Assembly: GCF_021028975.2 (NCBI RefSeq) | Contig: NC_059426.1 | Span: 26,722,001 to 26,786,000, forward strand | From: Sphaerodactylus townsendi | Taxonomy: Eukaryota | Direction: 5' to 3' | DNA: 64,000 nt | Shown here: positions 1 to 13,328 of the stretch, in pieces | Position numbering within the stretch: position 1 is the first letter of the stretch | Layout: each line of letters starts with the position of its first letter | Made by a program: the position numbers and the translations under genes | The notes under the pieces: generated by a model | Databases searched by the model: none | What the model saw: the letters and a program-made list of their open reading frames with translations, nothing else | What the model was told of the DNA's origin: nothing

Positions 1-889
1 GGTGAAAAATTACAACTTTTGAAAAATGATTCCCTGGTAAGCAAATGAGGGCTGCGAAGCCCTTTAAAAAGTCTGGCCTTGAAAAGGCACCTCGGAAATA
101 CAGATGAGTCTGGCAAGAAGTGTTCAGAAGCAAAACCTTTTTATATCCGGGTGTAGTAAAATCAAGTTAAGGTCAATCAGGATTAATGGAAACAGGATTC
201 CAAGCAGAGAGGAAGCTGGTCTCTGGGCAAGTTTTGCAAGAAACCTGTTTTGAAAAACTGATGTCTGGATTCCAAAGAAATTTGCCTGGAAAAAGGCCAA
301 TGGATTTTGATAGCTTGCTTTTCTGGAACTCTTGTCGGTTTGGATCTTTCCCACAGAGATATGACTAGTATATGGAAGTCAGGAAAAAGTCAGAAGTATT
401 TTGTCTCCCTGCATGACTTTGTTTCAGCTGTTACCTTGGAGCATCAAAGCATATTATTTGATTCACTCATTAATTCAGTTTTACACCTGCAGTCCCATAA
501 AGATACTTTCCTGAGAGCAAGAACCATTGAATAACACTGGACATCCTTCTGAGTATATCTGCTTATGATTGCTCCCTAAACTGCACCCATACCATAAAAG
601 CACCATCCTACCAGGAAAAAATGGGATAGCAAAATGGGATTCTGCTTAAAATGGTCCTGTCAGATCACCTGGTAGAACAGGGCTGCCTTCCTAAACACAT
701 ATACTAGGGAGTAAATGCAATGGAACACAGTGGGACTTAAACAATGCTCATGTTTCTGCTGCCCCACTGTTGTTCCATGTAACTTGCCTCCGAATAAACT
801 GTGAAGTATTGAGCAGCAAGTAAGGCTTCCCTATTTATTCATTTCTTTCTCCCAATGGAGACCTGAAACCTCTTACCTTGATTCACCCT

Positions 890-1044
890 TTCTCCATTTT
901 GACCTCACAGGAACCTTGCACAGTAAATTAGCTAGGATAAGACTGTGTGAGGGGCCCAAAGTTACCTGCCATGGCACAGTGGAGATTTGAACCTGGGTCT
1001 TCAAGATCCTAGTCCTACACCCTAACCACTACACCACCCAGCTC
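890..1044 (-). mobile_element. Degenerate tRNA-derived SINE (MIR/Squam3-like)
   Basis: Minus strand has A-box-like TGGTGTAGTGGTTAG, B-box-like GGTTCAAATC, and core-like GGTAACTTTGGGCC...GTGAGGTCAAAATGG. Confidence 0.65.
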
Positions 1045-1644
1045 CTACATAGGGATGAAGACACATTGGGTCAGGAGGCAAGGCTTATTCTGTGAGATGC
1101 CATTGGGAGTTCCTGGTCACATTTGGAAGGTCCCAAATCTTTTATTCATTGCAAGAATACTTTGATAAGATCAGAGTAATGTTATAGATACCAAACAATA
1201 TTGGAGGGGGCATCTTATAGCCCATGTTGTGTTTCTCCTGGAATGAGCTGAAAGGCACTGGAATTTCATCTTGTTTTGCACACAATAATTATCGCTTTGC
1301 TGAAGCATACCTTTAAGTGGTGGAGTCTAAGGTTGCAATTGCGAGGTTCCAAGAGTCTTTAAGGCTCTCCCTGGTGGTACACATGAATATCCTGCCTCTG
1401 CACATGGAGGTTCTGATTATTCACTGTCACCAGTGAAGCTGGTTTCCCCCTACAGATGGACAGTTAGTGGGCATGTTACAAGTACAGATATTCTGGAAAA
1501 TATCCTTAGACAGCTAGGGACACTGTTATAATTGGACTTTTATTTGGGACCCACAAGAAATCAGGACAAGGTCTGGAATGGGTACTTTTGAAGCAGGTGA
1601 TACCATCTAAAGGTGGTCACCTGAAGACCTGCCCTAAAGATTCA

Positions 1645-1840
1645 TTGTGGCCATCAAGTCGCAGTTGACTTAGGGTTTTGGAGGCAAGAGACATTCTGTG
1701 GTAGTTTGCCATTGCTTGCCCCTGCACAGCTACCCTTGTGTTCTTTGGTGGTCTCCCATCCAAATACAAACCAAGGTGGCCCCTTCTTAGCTTTTGAGAT
1801 CTGCTGAGGTCAGGCTAGACTGGTCCACCCAGGACAGAGC
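1645..1840 (-). mobile_element. 5S rRNA-derived SINE with RTE/Bov-B (Sauria)-type tail
   Basis: Minus strand GCCTGACCTCAGCAGATCTCAAAAGCTAAG...TATTTGGATGGGAGACC resembles the 5S internal control region, followed by GCAATGGCAAACTACC...TCTCTTGCCT...AAAACCCTA...GACTTGATGGC. Confidence 0.75.
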
Positions 1841-4136
1841 AGATACAGGATACAGAGTCTGAAATAAGGGGACACCTCCACTGTATACAGCCACAAGTTG
1901 AAACCAGTAAACAGCATTGGAGCTCAATGGACCTGAGCTTAGGCAAGAGAGTAAGAGATCGGCTGGGCAATAAGAAAGAGAAGGGTGGTCGATGCTAGCA
2001 GAAGGTCAAGCTTGGGCGAGCACTTGTGGCTTGACTGTGGAAGGTGAACCTTGAAAGAATCGGATGAAAGACCGTCAGGGTCTGCAATTCGTTTTTATCA
2101 CCTCCTTTTGGCGAGACAAGGAACGCAATTGTGTGTGTGGGGGGGGGGGAGATACTAGCAAGCTATGCGGAGATGGGGGCTTTATCGCAGAAGGCCAGGC
2201 TGCCATTCCAGGGGCTCGGAAGAGATCAAAGGGGAAGCAGAGAGACATCAAAAGACCAGACAGAGGATGATCCCGAGGAATTAGGAAGGGCGACCTACTG
2301 CGTGTCCCACCCTGCACAAAAGGCCGTCTGGATAGCCTCATAAACAGGTCCTGCCCTTGAGGAGATTCTAAAGGATACCAGGTCTGTGGGGACCCTGGAG
2401 AGCCGAGCCTTATGAGGGGTCATTTCAACATTGTGTCTGCAAAAGCTCTTTCCTCTCACCAGGGACTTTCCTGGGGCCCCCCGGGGGGGGGGGGGCACAG
2501 CAAACCAGATGAGACAGGCCCTGTGCACATTTCCATGGGACCCTGGGAACTTCAAGGAGTTCACCTGGAAGTAAACTCCAATAGGGTGGGGCATCAAGAG
2601 CTGTTAAAATCTCTCTCACAGAACCTCAGTTCCCAGAATCTTCAGCATGGAGCAGGGGGTGGTGGTGGGGGACATCAAATATTCACCCCCACTGCCACAC
2701 CATTTTAGATCCGTGCTATGGACATGAAGCCAAATTAAGACATTTATGTCTACCAATCTGCTCTCTTGCGACCCTTCAATGATTGCGGGGGTTGTCTCCA
2801 GTTTTTTCCCCAATAGAGTCTGGGGGCCTCTGACAGACTAACAGACCAACAGAAATCCCCGTGGGCTGTTTGGGAGTCCATTTCACGTATCTGTGGACCG
2901 CACCAACAGGAAACTTTGGTTCCATGTATCTGTCAGCAGTCAAAGGCGCCACCGCATCCTTCTCTGAGTCCTCAATCCACAGACTAACGAAGTCACTCCA
3001 CCTGGCCGGAGTCTTAGGGCTTCAAGTTCGTTTCTTACTGGGAGGGTCTGAAACGGGTTGGGGGGGGGGGGGGGGATCGGACGTGCCCTTGAGCGGCTCA
3101 GCTCCGCAGCGGTGGAAGATGCAGGGTTTCCTGAATGGGCTGAGATCCGCAAAGCCATCGCTTTGGTTTTCCGGCTGAGGGCAGGTCTTCAGGAGTCGCC
3201 ACCGGCGTCGCCTGGCTTGTCCTACAGCGCCTTCTCCTGGACGAGCGGCCCGACGACAAAGCTCTCTTCCTAGCGAGTGGGGGGGGGGGAGAGAGAGAGC
3301 AAGCTCTCCTAGAGACAGGTTGACAGAGATGGTTGGGAGGAGGGAGGAGGAAATGGGGGGCGGCGAGAGGAAACAGATGCTGGGGTTTCCCAGCCTCTCC
3401 AGAGAAGGCATCCGTCCAAATGCCACTCCGGCACTGAGCTCTGGTCATCTCACACGTCCAGAAGATAATAGGACGGCTTCAGTGGTCAGGCTACTGTCCT
3501 GAACGCAGCCCCAGTCCCATTAATCCCGACGCCTGCAGAGATCTCCCCCCACCCCCCTCCTTAACGCAAACTGCTTAGGAAGTTTCCCCATTTCCGCCGA
3601 TGCTCAGCACTGTTTCGGGGGTCCAGGAATGGCCTCTCCGTTTGTTCCTTAGAATAGCTGCGCTTCGACAGGGCGCTGAGCCAGAACCGTCCTTGCTGGG
3701 TGCGAGGTGGATGCCTCTTGGGGATCAGGAGTGTTCTGGGAGCAGCTGTGGGCTTTCAGGTTGTAGATCTGGAGTTTGACGGGGGTGGGAAGGGGGCGGC
3801 AGCAGCTATGGCTCTGATCTTTCCTCAAGTAGAAGGAATATCAAGGAGTAAACAGGAAGGCAGGAGAGGGGCGCATTGTTTCAGGCGCAAAACGGTCTCC
3901 AGACCAACTGCTGGCTCAGGACAGGCAGTGAAATTCTGGCGTCTGTTCTGGGCGCTGACAGAAGTCCCAAGAGCGGTGCTCCTTCTAAGATCCAGGGAAG
4001 TGCTGTGTGGGCACTTTAGTCCACCTTAAAAAGGCACATGTAGCCCTCAATGGTAAAAACGCAGAAACAAGCCACCGAACGCCAAACAGCATAGGAGATT
4101 AAGTGGAAAGTCATTCCAAGGAATGGTTACCTACAC

Positions 4137-4303
4137 CGGGGTGTTTGTGTGGTTTCCGGTCTGCATGGCCATGTTCTAGTAATCTAGTAGCATTTTCTCC
4201 TGACGTTTTGCCTGCATCAGGAGAAAATTCTACTAGAACGGCCATACAGCCCGGAAACCACACAACACCCCCGTGATCCCGGCCGCGAAAGCCTTCGACA
4301 ATA
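4137..4303. mobile_element. Penelope-like (Poseidon-type) inverted terminal-repeat relic with 12-bp TSD
   Basis: Fold-back GTGTGGTTTCCGG...CATTTTCTCCTGA / TCAGGAGAAAAT...CCGGAAACCACAC, tail GAAAGCCTTCGACAATA; flanked by GGTTACCTACAC (4125-4136) and GGTTACCCACAC (4304-4315). Confidence 0.75.
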
Positions 4304-4521
4304 GGTTACCCACACTGTTTTTAGCCGTAGCACGCATGGGCGTCAAGCTGAGGTTACTTCTGCACTGAGGCGCAAAGCCTGCAATTTTGAAGCTACCCGC
4401 AGGCGGGAAAATCCTCCGAAATCCACCCACAGGTCAGAGTTTGCAGAACTGCAGTCCCAAATTTCTTAGTAGCACCACCTGGCTAAATAGCAGCTTTTTA
4501 AAATAATCATGTAGTCCGACA

Positions 4522-4651
4522 CAGATGTCAAATTTGCGGCCCTCCAGATGTTATGGACTACAGTTCCCATCATCCCTGCCAGCATGATGATGGCAGGGGA
4601 TGATGGGAACTGTAGTCCATAACATCTGGATGGCTGCGAGTTTGACAACTA
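4522..4651. mobile_element. Palindromic MITE (hAT-like non-autonomous DNA transposon)
   Basis: Near-perfect hairpin TGTCAAA...CCAGATGTTATGGACTACAGTTCCCATCATCCC / GGGATGATGGGAACTGTAGTCCATAACATCTGG...TTTGACA. Confidence 0.8.
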
Positions 4652-4732
4652 TATTGGAACAAGGTTTGACTCTTTGAAAATGGTCTAGTTATAAGAAGAA
4701 ATATGGTGGTGGAGCTTCAAGGCAGAAGTGAT

Positions 4733-4734
<2 letters not shown>

Positions 4735-4801
<67 letters not shown>
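4735..4801. repeat. (TG)n microsatellite
   Basis: Uninterrupted TG run. Confidence 0.95.
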
Positions 4802-4802
<1 letters not shown>

Positions 4803-7800
4803 GGGGGGTTTTCTCCCAAGCTCAGCTGACTGAAAAAGTCTACACCATTCTTCATCCCCCATAATCTTACAGCCCTAAAATCGCTTACTCTCCAAACTAC
4901 TAATCCTGCTTGTGTTTTACGCACCTTCAAAGAGTTAACCCAGGAGATTATTGCCACTACCCTGACCACTACCCATGTAAAAAGAACCCAACTAAGTAGC
5001 AAATACTACCTAGTATTAACTGGTGACTATCTTAGACGCTAACCCCAAGTGGCTCACCCCATTCAGCCTTCTGATAAGCAAGCATCTATTTTCGCCTAAA
5101 CTGTGTAACCTATCCAAGAGAGAACTGAGCGACAATATGAGAGGAAAGTGCAGGATTTCGTCACCCAGAGCTCTGAAACAAGGCGGATTTCCCTTCTCCC
5201 TGCTGTCTAGTTACTCTCAACGCCTCCCCCTCCCCTCCATTTGGCAAGATCTGCCATCCGTTCCTTCCCCCGTGGGAGCTGCTACAAGCTTCACTTCCCT
5301 TCAAACGATTCTCCCCCATAGGTTTGATTTCTTGGAGATTGCCTGCGCAGCTTCCCATGTGGAAGATTTGGCATGGGAACGACCCCCCCACCCCCCACCC
5401 CCAATCTATCCAGTTAAACTAGCCGTTTGATTACAGGAATGCACAAGGCTCGTTTGGCCCAAAGCGCCCTGGATCCACGAGATCTTATCTGGAAACAAGT
5501 GCTATTTTTCCCCCTCCTGGGCTCTAGCCCATTGAGCAAATGAAAACGTTTATGGCGGCTCCTCTTTTTTCCCCCTTCACTTCCTGTTCTTAACTCCGAC
5601 GCAGGAGCGCCATTGAGTGCCGCAATGCAGTAGAGCTGTAAATACCTTTAGCAGCTGCCTGCCAGCCAAGGAGTGAAATACGGTCTTTGTTCGGATTCTC
5701 CCACCCTCCCCAGTTTCCAGACTTCATAAAGCAGGCCAGGAGAAATACATTTCACCGAGGTGGGAGGAAAAAGCCTGTGATTAAGCAATAAACAGGGTGG
5801 ATTTTTTAAATGCTAAGGCTCAGACGAAAATGCAGATGTTTAAAAGCGAATAGATTGCGATGCCTGTTAATCTCCCCGCCCTCAGATGCACAAAATATGG
5901 GCAGAAAGCACAAAAATCTATGAGACTCTTGCAGCAATTAAAGGAACTTTCGTTTTTTGTTTGCAGATGGCTTGTCCTTTTACAGATGGGAGAATGAAAT
6001 TATTTAACCAGTTTACTGGAGTTTGGATGAGGATGGGGTTCTAGTTTCCGTGCTAATTTTAAGGATTCTCTTTTTCCTTTGAAAGCTGAATCAGATAGGA
6101 AGATAAATCAGAAAGATTAATCAGATAAACCCTAAACCCTGTGCCCTCTCCAAACGCAATTGACTTCCATGAAAGCTGAAAGCGGGCGACCATTACATTT
6201 AATGGTCTTTTGGTTCCAAATAGTCATTCCTAGGATGGTTAGGCTATGAGTGTGCTTAGGATGGGAGACCAAGAAAAAGGCAACGTTTTGGTTGGTATTA
6301 CTGGACCTTCTTCCAACGATTGTGTCCAGAATTTTAATTCTGGAAGCCACTTTCTTTCAAGCCTATGTCCAACCCATTTAAGCCAAAATATCTGGATCTG
6401 TTCTGTTTCCGCCCTCCCGAAAGGTTCGATTAACACCTAAGTCTTTTTTACTTCCTTACATGACAGACAGGGCAAGGGAATCAATCCCATTTTGGAACCT
6501 GCGTGAAGTCTGAAGGACAAATACCCAGAATGTGTCGTATGTTTGCAACAGAGCCCTAACAAATGTAATCCAGGGGCCAGGGAAGGAAGACAGCAGAGGG
6601 GGGAAAGGGCGGTTTTATATCTGCACCTGTGCGTATTTTGATGAGGAATGGTTTGTGGTCTTCTGAGAGGAACTGCAGCTAATCAGCTGCAGAGCTCTGA
6701 CCATCTTGCGGTACTAAACTCCATGATGGCGACTGATAGTTCAAAAACTAGGCATCCATTAGAGCAGGTTGGAGGCCAGGCAAGGACTCTCAGCCACTCT
6801 TGAAAAGGGGTACAAAAATGGACTCCTCGTGCTTTTCAAGGATCTATGATGAATATTCCTAACATCGCGAAAAGTTGCTGTCTCCAATGAGTTATTTGAG
6901 CACCATTTCACAAACCTATCTGCCTAGAGCCAAATAAAACGACCACAATTGTTTAAAAACACGACTTCGGTCACCTTGTGCAAATCTGTTTGCAGGAACG
7001 CCTTAAGAAAACCTGTACGCTCCCGCCCCTGGAAGCAAAAGTCATCATTTTTTAAAAAGCAACATTATTTTCTGCTAAAACATGATTCTTTGACCAGCCT
7101 GCATTTTTCTAAATGGAACGGAAACCAAGGGCCACCTGAAAGACTAACAACATCCATTCTGAAGGAGCCGAAACTGAAGGTTCCCCATCTTAAAACGCAG
7201 GAAGCTGCGCTGGGCAACTTCCAGGCAAGCTTAATTTAAAACCATCCTGCATTTAAAAGGGTCGACTTCCTTTCCAACTATTGGCTTACTGCCAAGTAAA
7301 CAGGGCCAAGACTGGATTCATGCCCCCCTCCCCCGCGCAGTTATTAAAATAAACATAATCCATGCATTTGTCCACCACCACATTTCCCCTCTGGGGATGA
7401 CAGACAGACAGACAGACAGATAATGCGGTTCAGAAGTATTTCATTCATTATATTTATTCTGAAAAGCTTAATACCGATATTTGCCACCAACATTTCTCCT
7501 TCCCTCCCCGTGGTTCCCAAGGCATTTATTCCAGAGACAGCCACGATACCATCTGGGCAAGTGCAGAAAGGTTCGCCGCCATATTGGCGCTGTGTTTTGG
7601 GGGGCGCACAGGTATATGCTAATCGCTTTCCTATGGCTGACGGCAGTAGAACAAGGAACCCTCTTCCGAATATTGTGTCACCTGCTCCGGAGCTTTGCAA
7701 ACGACCGAAACCAGCTACAAACCACACAAACGTCTTAAAACAGCCTCGCCATATTCGAGGACGGGGCATGGGCTGGACCCTCCCCCAAACGCTGCAGCCC

Positions 7801-8399
7801 TCCTCTAGTAGTTCCTCTTTCTGCTTTTACGACTGTGAAATGTTGGCCCTCTGCCTTGCCATTAACAGGTGAAGCTGGGCAGACGTCCCGGCTGCGTTGT
7901 GGGAGGGAGGGGAGGATTTGTGAGTTCGCTGATTCCTCCATGTCAACAAAGGGAAATGGTTTGGGGATGGACGGCAGGCGTTGAAAGAAGCCAGCCTCGG
8001 TGTAGAATTCCGCTCATGACCCTGATGGGAACCGGGGAGGGGGCCGGGAGGGGCTGCACCTGTTGTTGGCCCCGGAAGGCATGCGGGGGAAATTCTAGCA
8101 TTGGGATAAAAATTCGAGATGGCCATGGAAGAGAGCCAATGTGAGAACTGTAGTTTGGGAGATGTTCCGTTTGGGGTGGGGGTTAGGACCCTTGGACAGC
8201 TTCTAAACCCCCTACACCACACCACCCCCCACACAAACACTCAGTGTTTCAGCAATATCGAAACGCGCTTTCCTTTGCAGAGTGGAAACGGAGAGGCGAA
8301 CGCCCCAGAAATGGCCAGACAGGTGGCCAAGGATTTCCCAGTCTCTCTCTACCCACCCCGGGTCTCTGGTCCTCCTCACTTTCTTTTATGACTTCTGGA

Positions 8400-9100
8400 G
8401 TCATTCTCCGGCGCCTAAGCCGGGCGGGGGGAGGGGGGAGGCGAGAGAAAGAGACGAAGCCCTCGAGCGATGCGGGCGAGTCCGACATAAATATGGAGGA
8501 AAGAAAAGCCTTACCCGTCGGTTGCCTGGGCACGGGAGCGCAGCGCCGAGAGGCATCCCGGTAATCCATTGCAAAGCAATCCGAGCTCCTCTCCCAAGCG
8601 GAGAAGCCAAAGGCTGCAAGCAGGTAGCGGGTCTGGGGTGGGAAAGGCGAGCGGCTACCAGGGGGAGGGAAAGAAACTCAGCTGCCTGGCTGGCGAGGGG
8701 AAGGAGCTCTGTCCGCCCCCCCCCCACTCCCTCCCCGCCCCACTCCTCGTCTCCCTTCTGCCTGGGAACTGACAAGGTAGACGGCGGCGGGGGGGGCGGG
8801 GGGCGGGAGGGGGGAGGGTGTTTGTTTTGAAGAGCCCTGGGCCGGAGGGATCGGCACCCAGGCATCCTCGCCAGGTTAATACACCTCATCGGAGACAAAG
8901 GTTAGCCAAAGAGGGCTGAGGAGGCTCTGGGCAAAGCAGAATGCAGGGGGAAATTCGCCAGGGAAATCAAGGGAGGGGGGGGGCGGCATAAAGGCCATGC
9001 AAACCTCCCGCGCTCGCACATGACCAAGCGCAGCCAATGACGTGCCCAAATAGGTCATAAAAGGTCTATTACCGAGTTGTAAATTGTCTTCAAACAAAAA
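8400..9100. promoter_or_regulatory. CpG-rich promoter-like element 3' of HoxD8
   Basis: CpG-rich; CAGCCAATGACGTG (CCAAT plus CRE half-site), GGCATAAA, GTCATAAAA and TGTAAATT motifs at about 8985-9085; no coding exon nearby. Confidence 0.5.
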
Positions 9101-12100
9101 AGGGATTTACTGCAGTTCCTTGTGGATCTCCTCCCCGCCCGCCCGCCCGCCCCCCCACGCCCCCAATGCTCTGGCTTGCTACGAGCTCCTTGTTTCTTTC
9201 CCCCAAAATCTCCCTGTCCCCTCTTCCCCCTTTTCTTCCCCGACTCTTATCACACCGCCGCCCCCTGCCCACTTTCGTTTTCCTCGGCCTAGAGACTCCC
9301 ATCTGTTGAGGTTTATCCCTCCGGGCTGCCAAAAACTCCAAGGAAGACGGGGGGGTGGGGGCGTCAGTAGGGGCCAGACTGCAAAAAGGAGATCCTAGTA
9401 GGGCTTTCGCTGCTCGGCCTAAACATAACATTCTGGACCACCACCACCACCACCCCTTTATTTGCAAGCAAGACTGTCTCGGAAATGTACCCCCCTCTGT
9501 TTGGTGCAGTGCGAAAGAACGCGGAAATCTCTGCCCTCCATAGCTACTGTTCATGTCCTTTCATTGCTTTTGGCTGGAGGGAGGGAGAATTATGGCCTGC
9601 TTCTTTGCCCGGTTTTTCCAGATTTGAGGTCATAGAAATTGGGGAGGGCGGGAGCCAGGGCCAACCTCAGACCCTCGTCGGCCTATATCCACTCCCTTTT
9701 TAAAATTTCAAATATTAACAATTCATCCTGGGGGCCCGAGCCGGGAAGGGGGGTTTCTTCTGACTGTCCTGTTCTTCTGTGTTTCTCAGCGTTTCGCCAG
9801 CCTGCCTTTGGAGGGGCCCCGAAGAACTGCCCCTCTCCCCAGGCCGATGTATGGGGCGTCTTCGTTGGGCCGGGAAGAGCTTTCGCAGGATCTTCCGGCC
9901 CTGAGATCGACTTTCCTCGACTGCAGTTCCACCTCTGTGTGCGCCGAGGGGTTTTGTTTGCTGCAGAGTTCGCAAGGCGCAGCTGCATCGACCACTGCAA
10001 AGAGGCAACAAGGAAAAACAACAACTCCTCTCCTGACTCCTCCTAAACTTTTAACGCATCTCCTTCCAGAGGGGGAAAATATGTTTTGAGACCCAAGACC
10101 AGGATGTTACCTTTGCATTTTATTTTTCCTCCATAGCACGTGGGAATTGAGACCCTCAGTTCTATGTATTAAAAAGCAAGTAAAGACTTGGTCGCTGGTC
10201 GACATTTTGCTGTTGTAGAGCCGACAGGAAAAAATGTTATAAAAGTGAGTTACATAATTTGAAAGGATGACTGGGATTTTCTCCAGTGTCCCCCTCGGGA
10301 AAAAAAAACATACCCTGCACAGTCTTCGCTTCTATCTGTAGATGCAACAATTCAAGAGGCCCAAAATCTCCGCTGCTGCCCATTGTAAATCAAAGGGCTC
10401 TTTTTCACAGGGCGATTTCTCCCCATGATATTTATAGTCCATATTATGGGATTAGTTAGTAATGTTTCCTACTTCCAACACCAGGTTCCTGCCCTTGTTG
10501 CGGGTTTCCACGGCTCTAACTGGATGAGGGGTCGGTTTCTATTGTTTTATCAGATCCCGGTCGAGGCGTTCTTGGAATTACTGCAGAGCCGCTCCTGGGG
10601 TAAAATGTCCAAAGAGGTTTCCAAAATGGACGCTTTGAAAGAAATCGACAGTGTTTTTGTTTTGTTTTAGGGGCGGCCCGTGTGTATTCGGCGCTTCAGA
10701 CCATCGCAGCTGTTTAGTTATCGGTGAATATATGGAATAGTTACATTGTGACGTACATGGACAAATTGTTTCCGGATAATGTATTTTTAAAAGTAGTCCA
10801 CTTTCACACACATAGACACACACACTAACACTCTGCGTTCAGGGGGCGAAGCATTAGATAGTTCATAGTCATTTCTTACTGTGGTTACAATAACTAGTCT
10901 GTTTGGAGAAGTTAAAAATGGCCTCCACCTGTGCGCAAAAGCCCTTCTTTGGCCAGAAGACAAAGATCTGGGCATAACGATCAAAATATTTAGGATCTGG
11001 GCGCCTCGCCCTAAACCCTTTTAACCTTTTATCTCTCTTTTGAAACCTTTATATGGCCCCAAGGACGACAACAGCCAGGTCTTTGCTTCTGCGGAGGATT
11101 CCCGAGCTCTGGGTCCACGGCGCATCAACCGCTGGGACGTTTTGCCGCATTTATGCAAATTCCTGCGCCAAATTGTTTGCTTCCCCATTTTTGCCGCAGT
11201 TCCTCCACGTGCTCGCCTCCCCAGCCCGCCCCGGCGCTCCTTGCGGCACTGCGGTCCAAGGCAGGAATCTCATGCGGGGAGGGGGGTTGCACGACAATGA
11301 GGAAAGAGCGTAGGAAATAAGCCTGCTGCCCCCCCCCAAAAAAGTAACTCTTTCATCTCTAATAGAATCAGCTTATCACCGAAGAGAAGAGGCATTTTAT
11401 TGAAAAATTGGAATGCAGATTTATTTATTTTTTGCTATTGTTGCTCTTTCCGAGAAAAAAAATAGACATTCAGCTGATCTAGTCCTTGATCTGGATGAGT
11501 TCGGCTTCTAGGCCCGGATGAGTTTTAGACTTTTTTCTTTTCCTGTCCTCTCCTATATCAATTAATGAAGTAGAACAAGAATGGGAGAGGTCTGGTGAGT
11601 ATGGGGGGGGGGGGATATAGGGGAAATAGGGAGGCATATACTAACACGACTTGCGGGAGAGGGGGCTGCTTGTTTTAACAATTAGATTCTCCCTGCCAGG
11701 GCCTTTTCATTAAGCTCCCCCCCCAATGAAATCAATAAAATCATACCTGGCCTCCCTGCCCCTTTTTCTATCCCTGCCCCCCCTTTCTTTCTTTTCCCCT
11801 CTCCCATCTTCATTCCCCGTAGCCAGGGATGGTTTTAGGCCGTTATCAGGAGACTGATAATTGATTCTGATTTTAAATATGAAGTTTGTTGTAAGCAGCC
11901 CACAAATAAGGCTCCATTTTTTGTCAGGTTTGTGTATGCTAAGGGGGCATACAAATGTCTGGTCTTTGTTTTGAGAAGTCACTTCCTGATTGTATCAGAG
12001 GGTGGGCCAAGGGGGCCCCTTTGCTCTACCTTCGTCCAGAGCACCTCAGAGTAAGGACTGTTTCCAAAGGAAGGGCTTCTTCTGGGTTGGGGTCATGAGA

Positions 12101-13328
12101 GCAAGCTCAGCAATGGCCTCTTGAGCCAGAAGTCCTTTGATGATGTGGTCGGTTGGAGAAGCAGGGTCCTTCTTCCGGTGTGAAAGGAACCCAGGAGAAG
12201 GAAAAATGAAAGAGAGGTGGTGTTGGGGGGGAGGGGCTGGAACAGTGTGGAAAACTGTGCTCCATCCTTGGCAACTCAGCCGACTCACTGTTTGGCTCAG
12301 GGCTGTAGCCAGGTAATACTTACATTAGGAGGGGCCAAACCTTGGAATAAAATGGGGTTTAAAGAGGCTCAGAACTGCGCTCAAGACTGCCTGGAAAACG
12401 GTGGAGGATAGTCAGGTCTCAGCTTTGCCTTTTGTATTGAAGAAGACGCATCCCTTCCCCTTATTTCTTTGCAGGGGGAAAGCGTGCAAAGAATAATGCA
12501 AAACAAATCAGCTGCTATTCAAGCAACCACACGCATGCTTTTGAGGACAGTACCAAACGAGACGCCTGTTGTTTTTATTTCTCCCCCACCGTTCATTATT
12601 CCCTGAAAACCATCGACAGTTTTGTTTTATTTGCAAGTTTCCTGGTTGTGTATCTTTTTAAAAGTCTGAGGCAGACGCTGGACCTGATCCAAGTGAATCT
12701 GGAGCTAATGAAACTCCAGACGCACAGGTGGGCTGCATGCGGGGCCCACCATCCTGCAGAGAAGAGCCACTCTGGAGGCCTGAAATACACTGACCCCTCC
12801 CGCACCCCCAACGCCATCCTTCATCCATTCAATTTATGCCACATTTGCCTCAGCAATGAAGAAAGCTGCTCAAATTTAGCCTTAAGCTTTTTTTAAAAAT
12901 CTGCACTGATTCCAGCATTTGCTGTTCAGGTGTTTGACTCGCACTGTGGTGAACCTATAAAGCCTGTCCAGTCGAAAATGGCACCTCTCTCAGTCCTCCT
13001 GTCTGTTCTATGGAGATAATGGCACCATCTCACCTTACAGGGATTTCTAATGACGCAGGTGAAACATCCGGAAATACTCAGGGCTATATTTCTGCTAGCA
13101 CCAGGACCATTAAAACTGCTACCAGCGCTGCTAATAAGCATTGTTATTGCTGTTTTATTGTCGTACACACAGCTGTATTCATCTGAAGAGCTATTTCGAC
13201 TTATCAGAGCGGGTTTTGTTCAACAGATTTAGGTTTAGCACCCTCTGTCGCACCAGTCCAGACACTGGAGATAAAACTGGAAGGGCAGCTGCTGGACTAA
13301 AGTGTAAAAACAAACAATAGTACTTACT

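Noticed and set aside
1750-1840. Functional 5S rRNA gene
   Set aside because: Diverged, and fused to a retroposon tail, so it is a SINE.
4522-4651. Novel miRNA hairpin
   Set aside because: Explained as a palindromic MITE with a relative at 63256-63411; no expression evidence.
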